DNA from: Blastocatellia bacterium
GTDB lineage: Bacteria > Acidobacteriota > Blastocatellia > RBC074
DNA length: 64,000 nucleotides
Assembly: GCA_035331565.1 (NCBI GenBank)
Contig: DAOLKO010000019.1
Coordinates: forward strand, 67,343 to 131,342
Direction of reading: 5' to 3'
In this document: in pieces, positions 48,203-58,393 of the stretch
Layout: each line of letters starts with the position of its first letter
How positions within the stretch are numbered: position 1 is the stretch's first letter
Position numbers and translations under genes: made by a program
The notes under the pieces: model-generated
The model's database searches: none
The model's input: the letters and a program-made list of their open reading frames with translations, nothing else
Told to the model about the DNA's origin: nothing

Positions 48203-48548
48203 GTGGGCGGCGCAATGCCTGGATCAGCGTGTCCATTTTCTGGTGAATGTCAGGGTAAAGCTCCCGTGCCTTTTTGGCGAACTCTCTTTCCTGAGCCTGC
48301 ATTTGCAAAAGGTACTCATCTACTTGTTCTTGATGGTCAAGATAATAAGCGAGCGCGCCCAGGACTTGCGATAGTTTGAGAACCGGAAAGCTATGTTGAA
48401 TTGATTCCGGCGATTGTTTTCTGCGCCAGGCATAGACAATGGAGTCAAGTGAAACGCGAGTGTCCGCGACACGATAAACGCCATCACGATATTCAACATA
48501 GGGCTGCTCCAACTGCATTTCCGTTGCTTGCATTGCGTTGTCCTCCAC
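48168..48548 (-). CDS. DUF433-like putative antitoxin partner
   Basis: 126 aa. The core YRVADTRVSLDSIVYAWRRKQSPESIQHSFPVLKLSQVLGALAYYL resembles the DUF433 pattern (RI.v..vv...G.s.eeI...yP.L...i..al.Yy). It sits upstream of, and overlaps, DUF5615, which is the usual pair order. Confidence 0.55.
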   Translation of the reverse strand: MEDNAMQATEMQLEQPYVEYRDGVYRVADTRVSLDSIVYAWRRKQSPESIQHSFPVLKLSQVLGALAYYLDHQEQVDEYLLQMQAQEREFAKKARELYPDIHQKMDTLIQALRRPLDDEDQISGRQ

Positions 48549-48593
48549 TACGATTTCCGAATACAGGCAATGTAACCGCTCATCTCAAGCCAA

Positions 48594-50486
48594 TCAACGG
48601 TAAAAACGCAGATTATCGAGTTCCAGCCAACCGAATTCGCCGGCTTTTCGCGCAATCTCGAAACTGAGCATCAACAGATCGTCGCCGCGCCAAACGGCAT
48701 TCGATCCTTGTACGGGGCGCAGCGAAGCGAAGTCAATCGTGACGGTTTGCCATTGCGGCGAAGCCTTGAACGGCGCTTGAAAGGTTGCGGTTGAATAAGT
48801 CGGAACCAGCAAACGGTAATCGCCGTCGCCGCGCACATCGAACTTCAATCCGCGAAATTCGCGCACGTCCACGGGTTCAACCGCGCCGTGACTGAGCGGC
48901 AGATTGATGCGCCCGAACGGGCGATCTTTTTCCGCCATTCGCACAGTGACGGAAAACGCCTGATTGCCGGAGTCGCGCGCGATTTTGCCGAAAATCATTT
49001 TTGAAGCGTCCGTTCCGGCATCGCTGGAATTAACCCACAACGTATCAATCGAACTTCTGCCGTTCGGGTTTTCAAAATCATCGAGCGATTCGCGCACTTT
49101 GACGGCGGGAATCGGCGACAGTCCCGGCGCGGCAATGTCGCGCGCGAGCTTTTCGCGGTCGAGTTCGCGTCCGCCCAAAAAGATGTGTTTGATTTTTTCG
49201 ATGTCGGCGATGTTTTTCAGCGGCTCGCCCGCCAGCAAAACCAGATCGGCGAGCTTGCCCGGCGCGATGGTTCCGCGTTCGCCATCTACTTTGATGGCGC
49301 GCGCCGCGTTGCCGGTGGCGGCGGTGATGGCTTCAAGCGGCGTCAATCCGCCCGCGACCAGCAATTGCAATTCGCGCAAAGTGGCCCAGCCGTGATGAGT
49401 GCCCGTAACGCCAGCGTCCGTGCCTGTGCCGAATGTGATGCCCGCTTTGCGCAGCGTGGCGGTATTGCGCTGCAACACGCCCCAACGCCGAATGCGCGGC
49501 GCATCGCCGTTTTCAGCCGAACCGGCGGCAGGTTTGAGCGGCGGATTTTGCGGCGGCACGAGCGGAGGCTGCATTGCCGCCAGCGCCGCCGGGTCGAGTG
49601 TTGCCGCCAGCGTCGGCGAAAGAATGTCTCGCCCACGCGGTTCGTAAACGGCCAGCGTCGGCGCATAAGTCGTGCCTTTCTCCTTCATCAACTTCAACAA
49701 CTCTTCGTCCGCGTCTTTGTCGCCGACTCCATGTGCGATGACATCCACGCCGGAGCGCGCGGCGATCTTGGCTTTGTCGAGCGTGACGGTGTGCGTCAAA
49801 ACTTCCAGACCGTGCTTGTGGGCTTCGGCTACCAGCGCCGTCAGCGTGTCTTCGTTCATGCTGGTCATGTCGGGCGCAGCGCCGTAGCGCCAACCGTCTG
49901 TGAAAACCTTGATGACATCCGGCTGATAAGGCACAACGCGGCGCACGGCGGCGACGGCTTCGCGCGGCGAGGTCACTTCCAATGAAAAGAAATCGCCGCG
50001 CCCAGCCTCCGCGCCATGACCGCCGGGCGTACTCAACCGCGCAGCCAGACTGATGCGCGGCGCTTGGATCACGCCGGTTTTAATCAGCCGCCGCATCGGC
50101 TCGAAGGTTTCGGGATAAGTGCCGAAGTCCACAACGGAAGTGACGCCGCAATAAAGATAAGCTTTCAGATTTTTCGGCCAATCGCTGTTCGCACCGCGCA
50201 CGGAAGAGTAGGGAAGATGCGTGTGCAGATCGAAGATGCCCGGAATCAGCGTCAAGCCATCGGCATTGATGACGCGCGCACCGGCAGGAGGTTTGGCATC
50301 GGCGGCCAACACCGATTCAATGCGTTCGCCGCGAATGACGACCGTCGCCCGGCGAGATTCCGCGCCGGTTCCATCAACGACAGTTGCGCCGGTGATGGCG
50401 AAAAAATCAGTTTGAGTTCCCTGGCGCACCGTTCCGGTGGAAAAAATAGCGATGGCCAACAACGCAAATTGTAATAAGCGGTTCAT
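48594..50486 (-). CDS. secreted amidohydrolase-family metal-dependent hydrolase with extra C-terminal beta-sandwich domain
   Basis: GGAGA RBS; signal peptide [16 protein letters not shown]. Amidohydrolase motifs are present (DLHTHLPYS, ...HGV..., ...GTDAGV...HHG). The ~180-aa C-terminal domain is of unknown type (CIA30/CBM-like by pattern). The ORF-track 65-aa N-extension was rejected. Confidence 0.8.
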   Translation of the reverse strand: MNRLLQFALLAIAIFSTGTVRQGTQTDFFAITGATVVDGTGAESRRATVVIRGERIESVLAADAKPPAGARVINADGLTLIPGIFDLHTHLPYSSVRGANSDWPKNLKAYLYCGVTSVVDFGTYPETFEPMRRLIKTGVIQAPRISLAARLSTPGGHGAEAGRGDFFSLEVTSPREAVAAVRRVVPYQPDVIKVFTDGWRYGAAPDMTSMNEDTLTALVAEAHKHGLEVLTHTVTLDKAKIAARSGVDVIAHGVGDKDADEELLKLMKEKGTTYAPTLAVYEPRGRDILSPTLAATLDPAALAAMQPPLVPPQNPPLKPAAGSAENGDAPRIRRWGVLQRNTATLRKAGITFGTGTDAGVTGTHHGWATLRELQLLVAGGLTPLEAITAATGNAARAIKVDGERGTIAPGKLADLVLLAGEPLKNIADIEKIKHIFLGGRELDREKLARDIAAPGLSPIPAVKVRESLDDFENPNGRSSIDTLWVNSSDAGTDASKMIFGKIARDSGNQAFSVTVRMAEKDRPFGRINLPLSHGAVEPVDVREFRGLKFDVRGDGDYRLLVPTYSTATFQAPFKASPQWQTVTIDFASLRPVQGSNAVWRGDDLLMLSFEIARKAGEFGWLELDNLRFYR

Positions 50487-50664
50487 GTGATCTCCAAAAT
50501 GATGAAGTGGAAACGCAGTGGAAATTGATGCCGTCAGTTTTGGCCAAGTGTCGCTGTTCGTCAATGCACAAAACACACTCCCGCAGGGAAGATCGCTTCG
50601 CGCTTTTTGGAGCGGATGCTGCGGTGGCGAAGCCGTGCGTACGTTTCTTGGGACGGTTGAACAT

Positions 50665-53610
50665 TTAGAGTTTGGGTTCAATAACCTGTGTGATGCGTGG
50701 GATTTCCATGCTGGGAGTGGACAGAGATTGGCGTAACGCGGGCAGAGCTTCTGCCTGAAGTTCGGTCACGTTGGCGTAACGGCGAACGGGATTTTTGGCC
50801 AGGCATTTTTGCACGACGCGATTTAGCGGAGAGGTTTCCGGGATCGAACCCGGCAGTTGATAGTGTTGCTGGATGATGGCTTGGGCCAGTTCGTGAAAAT
50901 TGCGGCCTTGAAACGGACGTCGGCCCGTCAACATCTCAACCAGCATGACGCCGAGGGCGAAAATGTCGCCGCGTTCGCCGGCCGCTCCGCCCGCCAGCAG
51001 TTCCGGGGCCAGGTAATTGGGCGTTCCCATAATCATGCCGGGCGAAGTCAGCAGCAGACTTTCCGCGTTGTCCAGTTGCCGAAGTTTGGCAATTCCGAAA
51101 TCGAGCAATTTGATGACTGCTTGTTGGTCAGCCTGAAAAACCAAAAAGACGTTTTCCGGTTTCAAATCGCGATGAATGATGCCCGCGCGGTGCGCTGCAC
51201 CGACTCCTTCCAGGATTTGTCCGAACCAATCGGCAATCAACGGCGGCGGCAACGTGCCGCGTTCAGTCAGTACCTGACGCAGGGAACTGCCGCGCAAAAA
51301 CTCCATCACCAGGTAAGCGCCTTCCGCTCCGGCGCGTCCGTAATCATGCAACGCGACGATGTTCGGGTGATTCAATCGCGCGGACAAGCGGGCTTCCCGT
51401 TCAAACCGGCCCAGAGCTTCGCGGTTGCCGAACAATTCGCCGGTGATGATTTTGAGCGCCACCTGCCGATGCAGACGCAAGTCCGTGGCTTCATAAACCG
51501 CGCCCATTCCGCCTTTGCCGATCAGTTTTTCCAGTCGGTATTTGCCGTCCAGTGTGCGTTCAATCGGCAACGACAGCGTCAATGCCTGTCCGCAATCGTT
51601 GCAGTAAACCGCCGGGCTGTCGTAGCACAGGCCGCAATTCGGGCATTCTTTAATCAGGTTGATGCCGTCGCTGCTCAAATGCGCCAGCACCTGATGTTTG
51701 ATTTTCAATTCCTGATGGACTTGTTCTTTGAGCGCAAGGTTTTCGGTGACGACGGCCATTTGGCGTGCAACGGCTTGTAACAGGCCGCAGTCTTGCGCCG
51801 TGTACTCTTCTTCCGAAAGCTTTTCGCCGAGCATCAACAGCCCCAGCAATTTTTCCTCGGAACTTTTCAGCGGGACGATCAAACAAACGCCGAGGCTTGT
51901 CAGCCGGCGTTGTTCTCGCGCCGGAAATTCGCCGAATTGCGGCAAGGAAATGCCCAATTCTCCGGTTTGTCTTTCCAACGCATGCAGCAGCCCGATGCTC
52001 AATGGGATTTCCTGTTCCGGCGAGGTTTCGCCGGAACAATAGCTCAAGGCCAATTCATCTTTTCCGCCGACTCGGTGATACAGATATAACCGCGCCGGAT
52101 GAAGCGCATCCAGCAGTTGTCGGCCGACGAAGCCTGACATTTCAGGCAAGGCTTTGAATTGCTTGATCTTTTCCGACAGGCTGAGCAGCAATTGTTCGCG
52201 GTCATAAGCTTCGCGGAAAAAACGACGATCCACCCAATGTCTGACCTGTCGGCGGAATTTCAAGCTGAGTGCGGCCAACCCGATCAACAGCAGATTGGCG
52301 GGTTGTGAAAACAGCAGTTCCTTCAGAGTGCGGTTTGGATTGGCTCCGACGCTGAAAATCAGGCCGAGCAAGGGTAGCGCCAGAATCACGCCCAATACGT
52401 TTTTGGCCAGCAAGTATTGCAAGCCACGTCGTAACACCACATCCACTTCCAGCGCGCGATGTTTGAGAATGGCATACGCCCAGGCCACCGCCACAATCAA
52501 AGGCGAAATTTCTCCCAAAATGTTCAACGCCGTTACAGTCTGCCGAGCTTTGGTATCGTCCAAACCGGCGGCCAATGCCAGAAAGCGTGTTAAATACAGC
52601 AGGATGTTCGGAATGAACGCCGCCAGCGAACCGACGATCATCAATTTGATGCGATTCCGTTGATCGGCCTGCGTCACCCGGCGGTAGTTATGCAGGCAGA
52701 CCGCGCAGGTCGCCAGCAAACCCAGGACGATATAAGCATCGTTGGCCAGGCGCGTATTGCGGAAGAAAGTCAGGAGTGAGGCCGTCAGCGGAAGGCCGAA
52801 ATAGACCGCACCGACGCGGTAAAGGCCAACCGTGTAAATCGCTCCGCCCCAGGCCGGCAGTGTCCAACGGATTACTGACCAAAGTCGGGCAGACGGCGCT
52901 CCCGCCGGAAACGTGTAATAAAGATTGTAAGTCAGGGCGATAAAGAGCGTGGCACCGGAAATCAGAAACTGCGCAAACACCATCTGCAATCCTGTGCCGT
53001 CCAGCAGATAGGCCAGAAAGTCGGTGGCATTGGAATACAGATAGTTCAGCGAAAAGGTAATCATCGCGACGAAAGCCCAACGCGCGCTTCGGTCATAAGG
53101 TTTGAACAAGCCTATCAGCAGCGCCACGACGGCAAACGGAAAGGAGCAGAGAAAGGCACTGACAATTATTCGTAACCGCCTGCGTGCAAAGACGCTGCCA
53201 TCCGTTAATCGAAACGGCGTCATTTGCAGATCAACGGTTTTTTCGATTCCTTGCCGGACGATTCGCAAAGTGTAAATTGTCCCGGCGGGCTGCGCCTGAA
53301 CGGCGTATCTGACGGTTCGATCCCACTCAATCGGCAAAGTGATTGTTCCCCGGCTAACCGTAAGAACCTTGTCGTCCGGTAACAGCTTTCCCATTGCCGG
53401 CCCGTTCGGATCAATTTCCGTTACGAAAATGCCGTCTCCGCGACTTTCCAGTTGATAGCCGAATTTGTCCCATTGGCTGTATTGATACGTAATCAAAAAA
53501 TTGAACGCGAAGATACCCAAGGTCACCACGCCTGCAAGCGCGACAAACCAGAAAAACCAGGGTTGGCCACTCATCCTGGAAGGGATGTTACGAGTGGTCG
53601 TCTCAGGCAT
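50665..53610 (-). CDS. sensor Ser/Thr protein kinase: ~10-TM N-terminal membrane domain + GAF-like domain + C4 zinc ribbon + C-terminal Hanks kinase
   Basis: The kinase has GKGGMGAVY...ALK (VAIK-like), [14 protein letters not shown] and PNYLAPE. Upstream of it sits [20 protein letters not shown]. The N-terminal 400 aa are polytopic. AGGAGG RBS. Confidence 0.85.
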   Translation of the reverse strand: MPETTTRNIPSRMSGQPWFFWFVALAGVVTLGIFAFNFLITYQYSQWDKFGYQLESRGDGIFVTEIDPNGPAMGKLLPDDKVLTVSRGTITLPIEWDRTVRYAVQAQPAGTIYTLRIVRQGIEKTVDLQMTPFRLTDGSVFARRRLRIIVSAFLCSFPFAVVALLIGLFKPYDRSARWAFVAMITFSLNYLYSNATDFLAYLLDGTGLQMVFAQFLISGATLFIALTYNLYYTFPAGAPSARLWSVIRWTLPAWGGAIYTVGLYRVGAVYFGLPLTASLLTFFRNTRLANDAYIVLGLLATCAVCLHNYRRVTQADQRNRIKLMIVGSLAAFIPNILLYLTRFLALAAGLDDTKARQTVTALNILGEISPLIVAVAWAYAILKHRALEVDVVLRRGLQYLLAKNVLGVILALPLLGLIFSVGANPNRTLKELLFSQPANLLLIGLAALSLKFRRQVRHWVDRRFFREAYDREQLLLSLSEKIKQFKALPEMSGFVGRQLLDALHPARLYLYHRVGGKDELALSYCSGETSPEQEIPLSIGLLHALERQTGELGISLPQFGEFPAREQRRLTSLGVCLIVPLKSSEEKLLGLLMLGEKLSEEEYTAQDCGLLQAVARQMAVVTENLALKEQVHQELKIKHQVLAHLSSDGINLIKECPNCGLCYDSPAVYCNDCGQALTLSLPIERTLDGKYRLEKLIGKGGMGAVYEATDLRLHRQVALKIITGELFGNREALGRFEREARLSARLNHPNIVALHDYGRAGAEGAYLVMEFLRGSSLRQVLTERGTLPPPLIADWFGQILEGVGAAHRAGIIHRDLKPENVFLVFQADQQAVIKLLDFGIAKLRQLDNAESLLLTSPGMIMGTPNYLAPELLAGGAAGERGDIFALGVMLVEMLTGRRPFQGRNFHELAQAIIQQHYQLPGSIPETSPLNRVVQKCLAKNPVRRYANVTELQAEALPALRQSLSTPSMEIPRITQVIEPKL

Positions 53611-53772
53611 AAGGAATAGCCTCCTACAATGTCACGGATTCTAACTTTGTTGCTTGGCAACTGTTAATAGCAGAGCTATTGCCGGAAGAGAAGGCTGCGG
53701 CAGTTCAGGATGAGAATTCTGCGTCACACCGAGGCTTTGGCAAGACCGCGCGGATGCGTTTTGCCGCCAGTG

Positions 53773-54309
53773 CTAAAACGAAATGCTGTAACTCACGCCC
53801 GGATGGCGGCTGTTTGCCAGGACGAAAGAAAAGATGTGGCGTCCGCGCGCGTAATTCAGCAGCGGATGCACGCGCACGCCGTCGAAAATCACCAGTGAGG
53901 AAAAGCGTTCGGTGAAATATACGTTCAACCCGGCGACGGGCAGAAAGCGTTCGTCGTGCATGCTGTAGGCCACGCCCGCGTAAGGCGCTATCGGCAAGCC
54001 TGTGGCTTCTTTCAGATTTTTGCTGAGCGTGGCGTAAAACGATTGTCCATCCGGAGTGCCTATGCGGTCGGAGCTGGTGCCGACGATCAAGGCCGGGCGC
54101 TTGCCGGTTTCGGTCAGCAGCAGCAGGTTGGCAATCGGATTTACTTTGGCGCTGCCTTTCGCGCGCGGATTGACTTCGATTCCGGCGGTGAAGCGCGGGT
54201 GAAAGCGATAGGTCAGCGTGTTGCGAATCTGCGCGCGCGGAACCACGCCGGGAATCACTCGCAATCCGTAAGTCCACCGCTGCCGGTTTTGATTTTCTGC
54301 CCCGCTCAC
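53773..54309 (-). pseudogene. OMP-like beta-strand ORF lacking a signal peptide and ATG (possible remnant or mis-started gene)
   Basis: 178-aa frame ending ...GVSYSISF (the C-terminal aromatic typical of beta-barrel OMPs). It begins at GTG immediately after two in-frame stops that follow the TlpA-like gene in the same reading frame, and has no signal peptide. Confidence 0.35.
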
Positions 54310-54336
54310 GGCGCGGCCTTCGCCCGGTCAGAGCGG

Positions 54337-55251
54337 TCAACTCGGAACGCTGGAAGTTTGCGTCTGTTTTTTCGCGGCCATCAAATCACGTTTGGCTTCG
54401 CTGTCGGCCTGAGCAATGAGTTTGTCCAGGTGCTTTTTGATCTCTTCCTGCGTGATGACGCCGGGAAAAAGCGCGGTGATTTTGCCGTCGCGTCCGATGA
54501 TAGCTGTGCCAGGCAAAGCCGGGCCGAGTCCGAAGCTCGCCATTTGTTCGGTGGTCGCACCTAGCCAGATGGGAAAATTGATCGCGCTATCTTTGATGAA
54601 CTGGCGAACGGCTTTGACTTCGGCGAGCGTGTCCGCCGAAGCGCCGACGACTTGCACGCCCAGCGCTGCATATTGATTTTGAATCGCTGCCAGATCAGGC
54701 ATTTCTTTTTTGCACGGCCCGCACCACGTCGCCCAAAAATTCAACACGACAATGCGCCCGCGCAAACTGTTTAGGTTTTGCTCGACGCCGAACAGATCTT
54801 TCAATGCCAGTTCGGCGTCTTTGCCGATGAAGGCCGAAAGGTCTTGGCCGGGCGGAGCGGCAAGCACGTTGAGTTCATCCACTTTGACGAATTGTTTTTT
54901 CTTCGCCGCGCGTGTTGCGCCTGTGATTTCGACTTTCTTGCCGACGAATTCCAGCCAGTTTTTGCCGGGCTTTTGAAACTTGCCTTCTTCGAGTTGATAG
55001 AACGTCGTTTTGCCGGCCTCGCCCATCACTGCCAGCAAAGTCGGATCGCCTTTGGCAATGCAGCCTGCGGCTTTGGCCAGGTCGGTGGGCGTGCCGTAAG
55101 CCACTGTGCGGCGGTCGGCTTCCGCCCAGCAATCTTCGCAGCAAACGATTTGGCCAATTAGTTTGGTTGATTGCGTTGATTTGGCGGGTGTTTGTGCCGC
55201 AGCTGTGCAGGCCAGACAACAAGTCAGGAAAAGCAAAAATAGATTTTTCAT
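54337..55251 (-). CDS. TlpA-like periplasmic thiol:disulfide oxidoreductase (thioredoxin fold, WCGPC) with Cys-rich N-terminal domain
   Basis: Signal peptide MKNLFLLFLTCCLACTAAAQ. The N-terminal domain contains CCEDCW...GCIAKG. The C-terminal part has the thioredoxin/AhpC-TSA fold with the active site WATWCGPCKKEMP. Confidence 0.8.
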   Translation of the reverse strand: MKNLFLLFLTCCLACTAAAQTPAKSTQSTKLIGQIVCCEDCWAEADRRTVAYGTPTDLAKAAGCIAKGDPTLLAVMGEAGKTTFYQLEEGKFQKPGKNWLEFVGKKVEITGATRAAKKKQFVKVDELNVLAAPPGQDLSAFIGKDAELALKDLFGVEQNLNSLRGRIVVLNFWATWCGPCKKEMPDLAAIQNQYAALGVQVVGASADTLAEVKAVRQFIKDSAINFPIWLGATTEQMASFGLGPALPGTAIIGRDGKITALFPGVITQEEIKKHLDKLIAQADSEAKRDLMAAKKQTQTSSVPS

Positions 55252-55352
55252 TGCGCTGTTCTTTGTATTTTTGAAATGAAGACGGGTCGCGGACATCTTT
55301 GTCCGCGACCCCATGCGAGTGGGACGCTCGCGCTCCTGGATTTTCCCGGAGC

Positions 55353-55769
55353 TTAGGATTTGTGTTTGGCGCAGCAGGAACCGCCGGAGCAGCAAGCGCC
55401 GCCGGAGCAGCAGCTTTCGCCATTGTTGGAGGCGCTGTTTTTGGCTGCATCACCTTTCGCTTTTTTAGCGGGCTTGGAGTCGGCGTGGTGAGCGTCGGCT
55501 TTGTGTTCGCAGCAGGAACCGCCATTGCAGCAGGCCGCGCCGGGTTTGCAGCAGTCTTCGCCGTCTCTGGCGGCTTTCTGCTCACTGCAGGATTGATGGT
55601 CTTTGTCCGCCGCGCAGCAAGCGCCGCCGTCGCAGCAGGCCGCGCCCGCCGAACAGCAAGCGGCTTGGCCGTGATTGGCATGTTTATCTTGAATGGTTGG
55701 ACTGGATGCGTAAGCGATTCCCGCCAGTCCGAAAACGAGCACAACGATTGCGAGTTTGATCTTAGACAT
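55353..55769 (-). CDS. secreted Cys-Cys-doublet-rich small protein (metallothionein-like; nine xCCx motifs plus a His cluster)
   Basis: AGGAGA RBS 5 nt upstream; signal peptide MSKIKLAIVVLVFGLAGIAYA. The mature region has ACCS, ACCD, ACCA, DCCK, ACCN, SCCE, SCCS, ACCS and SCCA, plus HKADAHHAD. Confidence 0.6.
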   Translation of the reverse strand: MSKIKLAIVVLVFGLAGIAYASSPTIQDKHANHGQAACCSAGAACCDGGACCAADKDHQSCSEQKAARDGEDCCKPGAACCNGGSCCEHKADAHHADSKPAKKAKGDAAKNSASNNGESCCSGGACCSGGSCCAKHKS

Positions 55770-55856
55770 TTCAATTCTCCTGATTTTGATAAAGGCATTT
55801 TTGTTCAACCGGCGGTTGCCGGCTGTGTTGAAAAAGCGTGCGGACACACTTCGGCC

Positions 55857-56366
55857 TTAAATCAGGAAAATGCAGCAGTGCAGGTAAGTGTCTTGCTTGT
55901 GGCAGGGTTGAATGCCGTAGGTAAAGCGAGCGGAGTGTTTGGCCGGTGTTGCAGTTTGCAGAAACAGCGCGGCGTGCGCGGTTGCTGCTTGCTGCGAATG
56001 GAATTGTGCCGCACTGGGAACTTCGGCCAGCGGCGCGCTTAGAATGCAGCACTCATTGTGACAAGGTGCGGAGTTGGAATGTTCAGACTTGCTTGAGCTT
56101 TTGGAACAACAATCGTCTTCGCCGCTGACTTCGTGTGATCGAGTTGCGCAACTTTCCTCAGCGGCAGCCTGAACCGGGGCGACGAGCAACTGTCCGCAGC
56201 AAAACAAACAATTCATTCCACTGACCCAAAAGGCCAAAACTGTGACGAGCAGTCGTTTTTGCCGGAATTGTTTTGTGGAAGATTGCTTGGTCATTGCCTT
56301 GTTTGCAGTGTGCGTTGCGTCCTTTTCCCCAATTGCGAGCTTGAATCTCGAAAGAAGCAAGCTCAA
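55857..56366 (-). CDS. second Cys-Cys-doublet protein (FCCG, DCCS, ECCI, HCCI), unknown function
   Basis: ORF directly downstream of the enolase-superfamily gene on the same strand. It may start at the internal MTKQ... (56294), which gives a TM/signal-like segment LLVTVLAFWVSGM. Its reality is less certain. Confidence 0.4.
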   Translation of the reverse strand: MSLLLSRFKLAIGEKDATHTANKAMTKQSSTKQFRQKRLLVTVLAFWVSGMNCLFCCGQLLVAPVQAAAEESCATRSHEVSGEDDCCSKSSSKSEHSNSAPCHNECCILSAPLAEVPSAAQFHSQQAATAHAALFLQTATPAKHSARFTYGIQPCHKQDTYLHCCIFLI

Positions 56367-56381
56367 TGCCGAAACTTAGCT

Positions 56382-57629
56382 TCAAGCTGTGACGACGGTT
56401 GATTTGGCGATGAATGCCTGGTCAATCGCCACTCCCAGGCCAGGCCCTGTCGGCACTTTCAACATTCCTTTTTCGCTTTTCAACGAAGACGAATCGCTGC
56501 TCACGGGTAATGTGTCTTCTTCGCCTTTGTATTCCTGGTGAGCGCCGCAATTTTGTACAACCGAGGCGAAGTGCGCAATGTACAGATAACCCAATCCGCC
56601 GCCGGACATATGCGGTGTGCAATCCTTGCCCGCTACAGCCGCCATGCGCGCCACTTTCATCGAACGAATCAGTCCGCCGAAATACAACAAATCAGGCTGA
56701 ATAACCTGCGCGACATCGCGTTCGATAATCCAGCGGAATTGCCGCAGGCTCATTTCCTCTTCGCCCAGTGCAATGGGGATGGTCAGCGTGTCGGCAATTT
56801 TTTTGGTTTCCTCGTAATAATCGAAAGGCACAGGCTCTTCCAGAAACCCTAGCTTATGTTCTTCCATCAGCCGTCCGATTTTGACGGCCATCGGCACGTC
56901 GTAAGAGCCGTTGGCGTCGGCGTAAATCGCAAAGTTGTCGCCGAAGGTTTTGCGCGTCAGCGGGATCATGGCGTGGTCGCGTTTGGTGGAAGCGTCGTCG
57001 TAACGCATTCGTGCGCCGAGCCGGAACTTGATGGCGCGCGCCCCTGTTTCGGCGACGATTTTTTGCAGGTAATCAATCTCTGCTTCCGGAGTGTTGCCGC
57101 GATTGCCGCTGGCGCGGTAAACCGGAATCTCGCGGCGGATGACCTTGCCGAATAGTTCGCCCAAAGGTTTGCCGGCGGTTTTGCCTAGCAAATCCAAAAT
57201 GGCGATTTCGACCGCCGCCACGCTCACCCAAAAGGGTAAGCCCTGCCATTTGTAATTCGACTGCGCCAGATAGACTTCGTTGAGCAGGCTTTCCAAATCG
57301 CGCGCGTCTTTGCCCAAAAAACTCGGCGCGACTTTTTTGACCAGAATCGGATAGGCCGCGCTCATCACTGCGCTGTGTGCTTCGGAAAAGCCCGTCACAC
57401 CGTCCGCTGAGCGCGCGCGCACCAAATAGCTTTTGCCGTTTTTCAGCAAATCCAGCGCGGCGATTTTGATGGGTTGTTTAAAGAGTTCCCGGCGCAAGAC
57501 CGGCGCGAGCATGGCCTTTTCCAATTTGTCGGCAAGTTCGTTGTTTTTGGCCTGAGCAGTCGGCAAGGCCAAACCGGCCAAACCAGCGGCGGTGCTGGTT
57601 TGAAGAAAGTTGCGACGCTTGGGGTTCAT
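56382..57629 (-). CDS. enolase-superfamily enzyme (mandelate racemase / muconate-lactonising / sugar-acid dehydratase-like) with twin-arginine signal peptide
   Basis: N-terminal RRNFLQTSTAAGLAGLALPTAQA is a Tat motif. The enolase-superfamily barrel pattern is present (KIGRLMEEHKLGFLEEP...ADTLTIPIALGEE...IQPD). Confidence 0.8.
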   Translation of the reverse strand: MNPKRRNFLQTSTAAGLAGLALPTAQAKNNELADKLEKAMLAPVLRRELFKQPIKIAALDLLKNGKSYLVRARSADGVTGFSEAHSAVMSAAYPILVKKVAPSFLGKDARDLESLLNEVYLAQSNYKWQGLPFWVSVAAVEIAILDLLGKTAGKPLGELFGKVIRREIPVYRASGNRGNTPEAEIDYLQKIVAETGARAIKFRLGARMRYDDASTKRDHAMIPLTRKTFGDNFAIYADANGSYDVPMAVKIGRLMEEHKLGFLEEPVPFDYYEETKKIADTLTIPIALGEEEMSLRQFRWIIERDVAQVIQPDLLYFGGLIRSMKVARMAAVAGKDCTPHMSGGGLGYLYIAHFASVVQNCGAHQEYKGEEDTLPVSSDSSSLKSEKGMLKVPTGPGLGVAIDQAFIAKSTVVTA

Positions 57630-57649
57630 TTTTGCTTGCCCTGTAAGAA

Positions 57650-58345
57650 TCAGCCGACGAATTTCATCGTGGTTTCGCCCAGCTTGACCAGATCGCCGTT
57701 GACCAGCGGATAAGGTTCCTGCGGTTTCAGGCGGTTGCGTCCGTTGATGACGGTTCCGTTGGCGCTGCCCATGTCTTCGATGAAGTATTGATGGCCGCGC
57801 GTGGTGATGCGGGCGTGGCGGCGTGAAATGCGCGAGGCCGGATCGTAGCGCGACAAATCCACGTCCGGGCGAATGCCGCGATGTGGGTCGAGCCGTCCGA
57901 TCATGATTTCGCCATCGGGCAACAACGGGAAATTGGCGTCCGTGTCCATATCCATGACGATCAACATGGCTGCGGAGCGTTCAGTGCTGGGTGCGCGTTC
58001 GCCGAAATAGATACGGTACAAATCGCTCGGCGTCATTTCTCGTCCGCACTGATGGCAGGGTGAAATGGGCGAACTGCTGGTTGTGCCGACGTGCGTGGAG
58101 TACAACTCGTTTTCGCGAACCAGATTGTCCAGGAAGGATTCGCGTTCGCCTTCGGACATCACGTCCCAATCGAGCTTGCGGCTGTTGCACAGTTGGCGCA
58201 ATTGCGTGACGGCGAAATCCAGTCGCGAGGCGCGCTGCACGCGGTCGTCCTCGCTGAGCATCACCAGCAGCGTTTGTTTGTGTTCGGGCGCGAGTTGATT
58301 CACCCATTCTCGTAATTGTTCTTCGATGGAAGCCCCGTTTGGCAT
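57650..58345 (-). CDS. FHA-domain protein
   Basis: C-terminal FHA domain: GR...D...SRRHARI...[20 protein letters not shown]...[12 protein letters not shown]. The N-terminal part is unique. Confidence 0.75.
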   Translation of the reverse strand: MPNGASIEEQLREWVNQLAPEHKQTLLVMLSEDDRVQRASRLDFAVTQLRQLCNSRKLDWDVMSEGERESFLDNLVRENELYSTHVGTTSSSPISPCHQCGREMTPSDLYRIYFGERAPSTERSAAMLIVMDMDTDANFPLLPDGEIMIGRLDPHRGIRPDVDLSRYDPASRISRRHARITTRGHQYFIEDMGSANGTVINGRNRLKPQEPYPLVNGDLVKLGETTMKFVG

Positions 58346-58393
58346 TCTGTCACCTCGATTGGGATTCTAGCCGACTCGCCCGAATCGCCAAAA

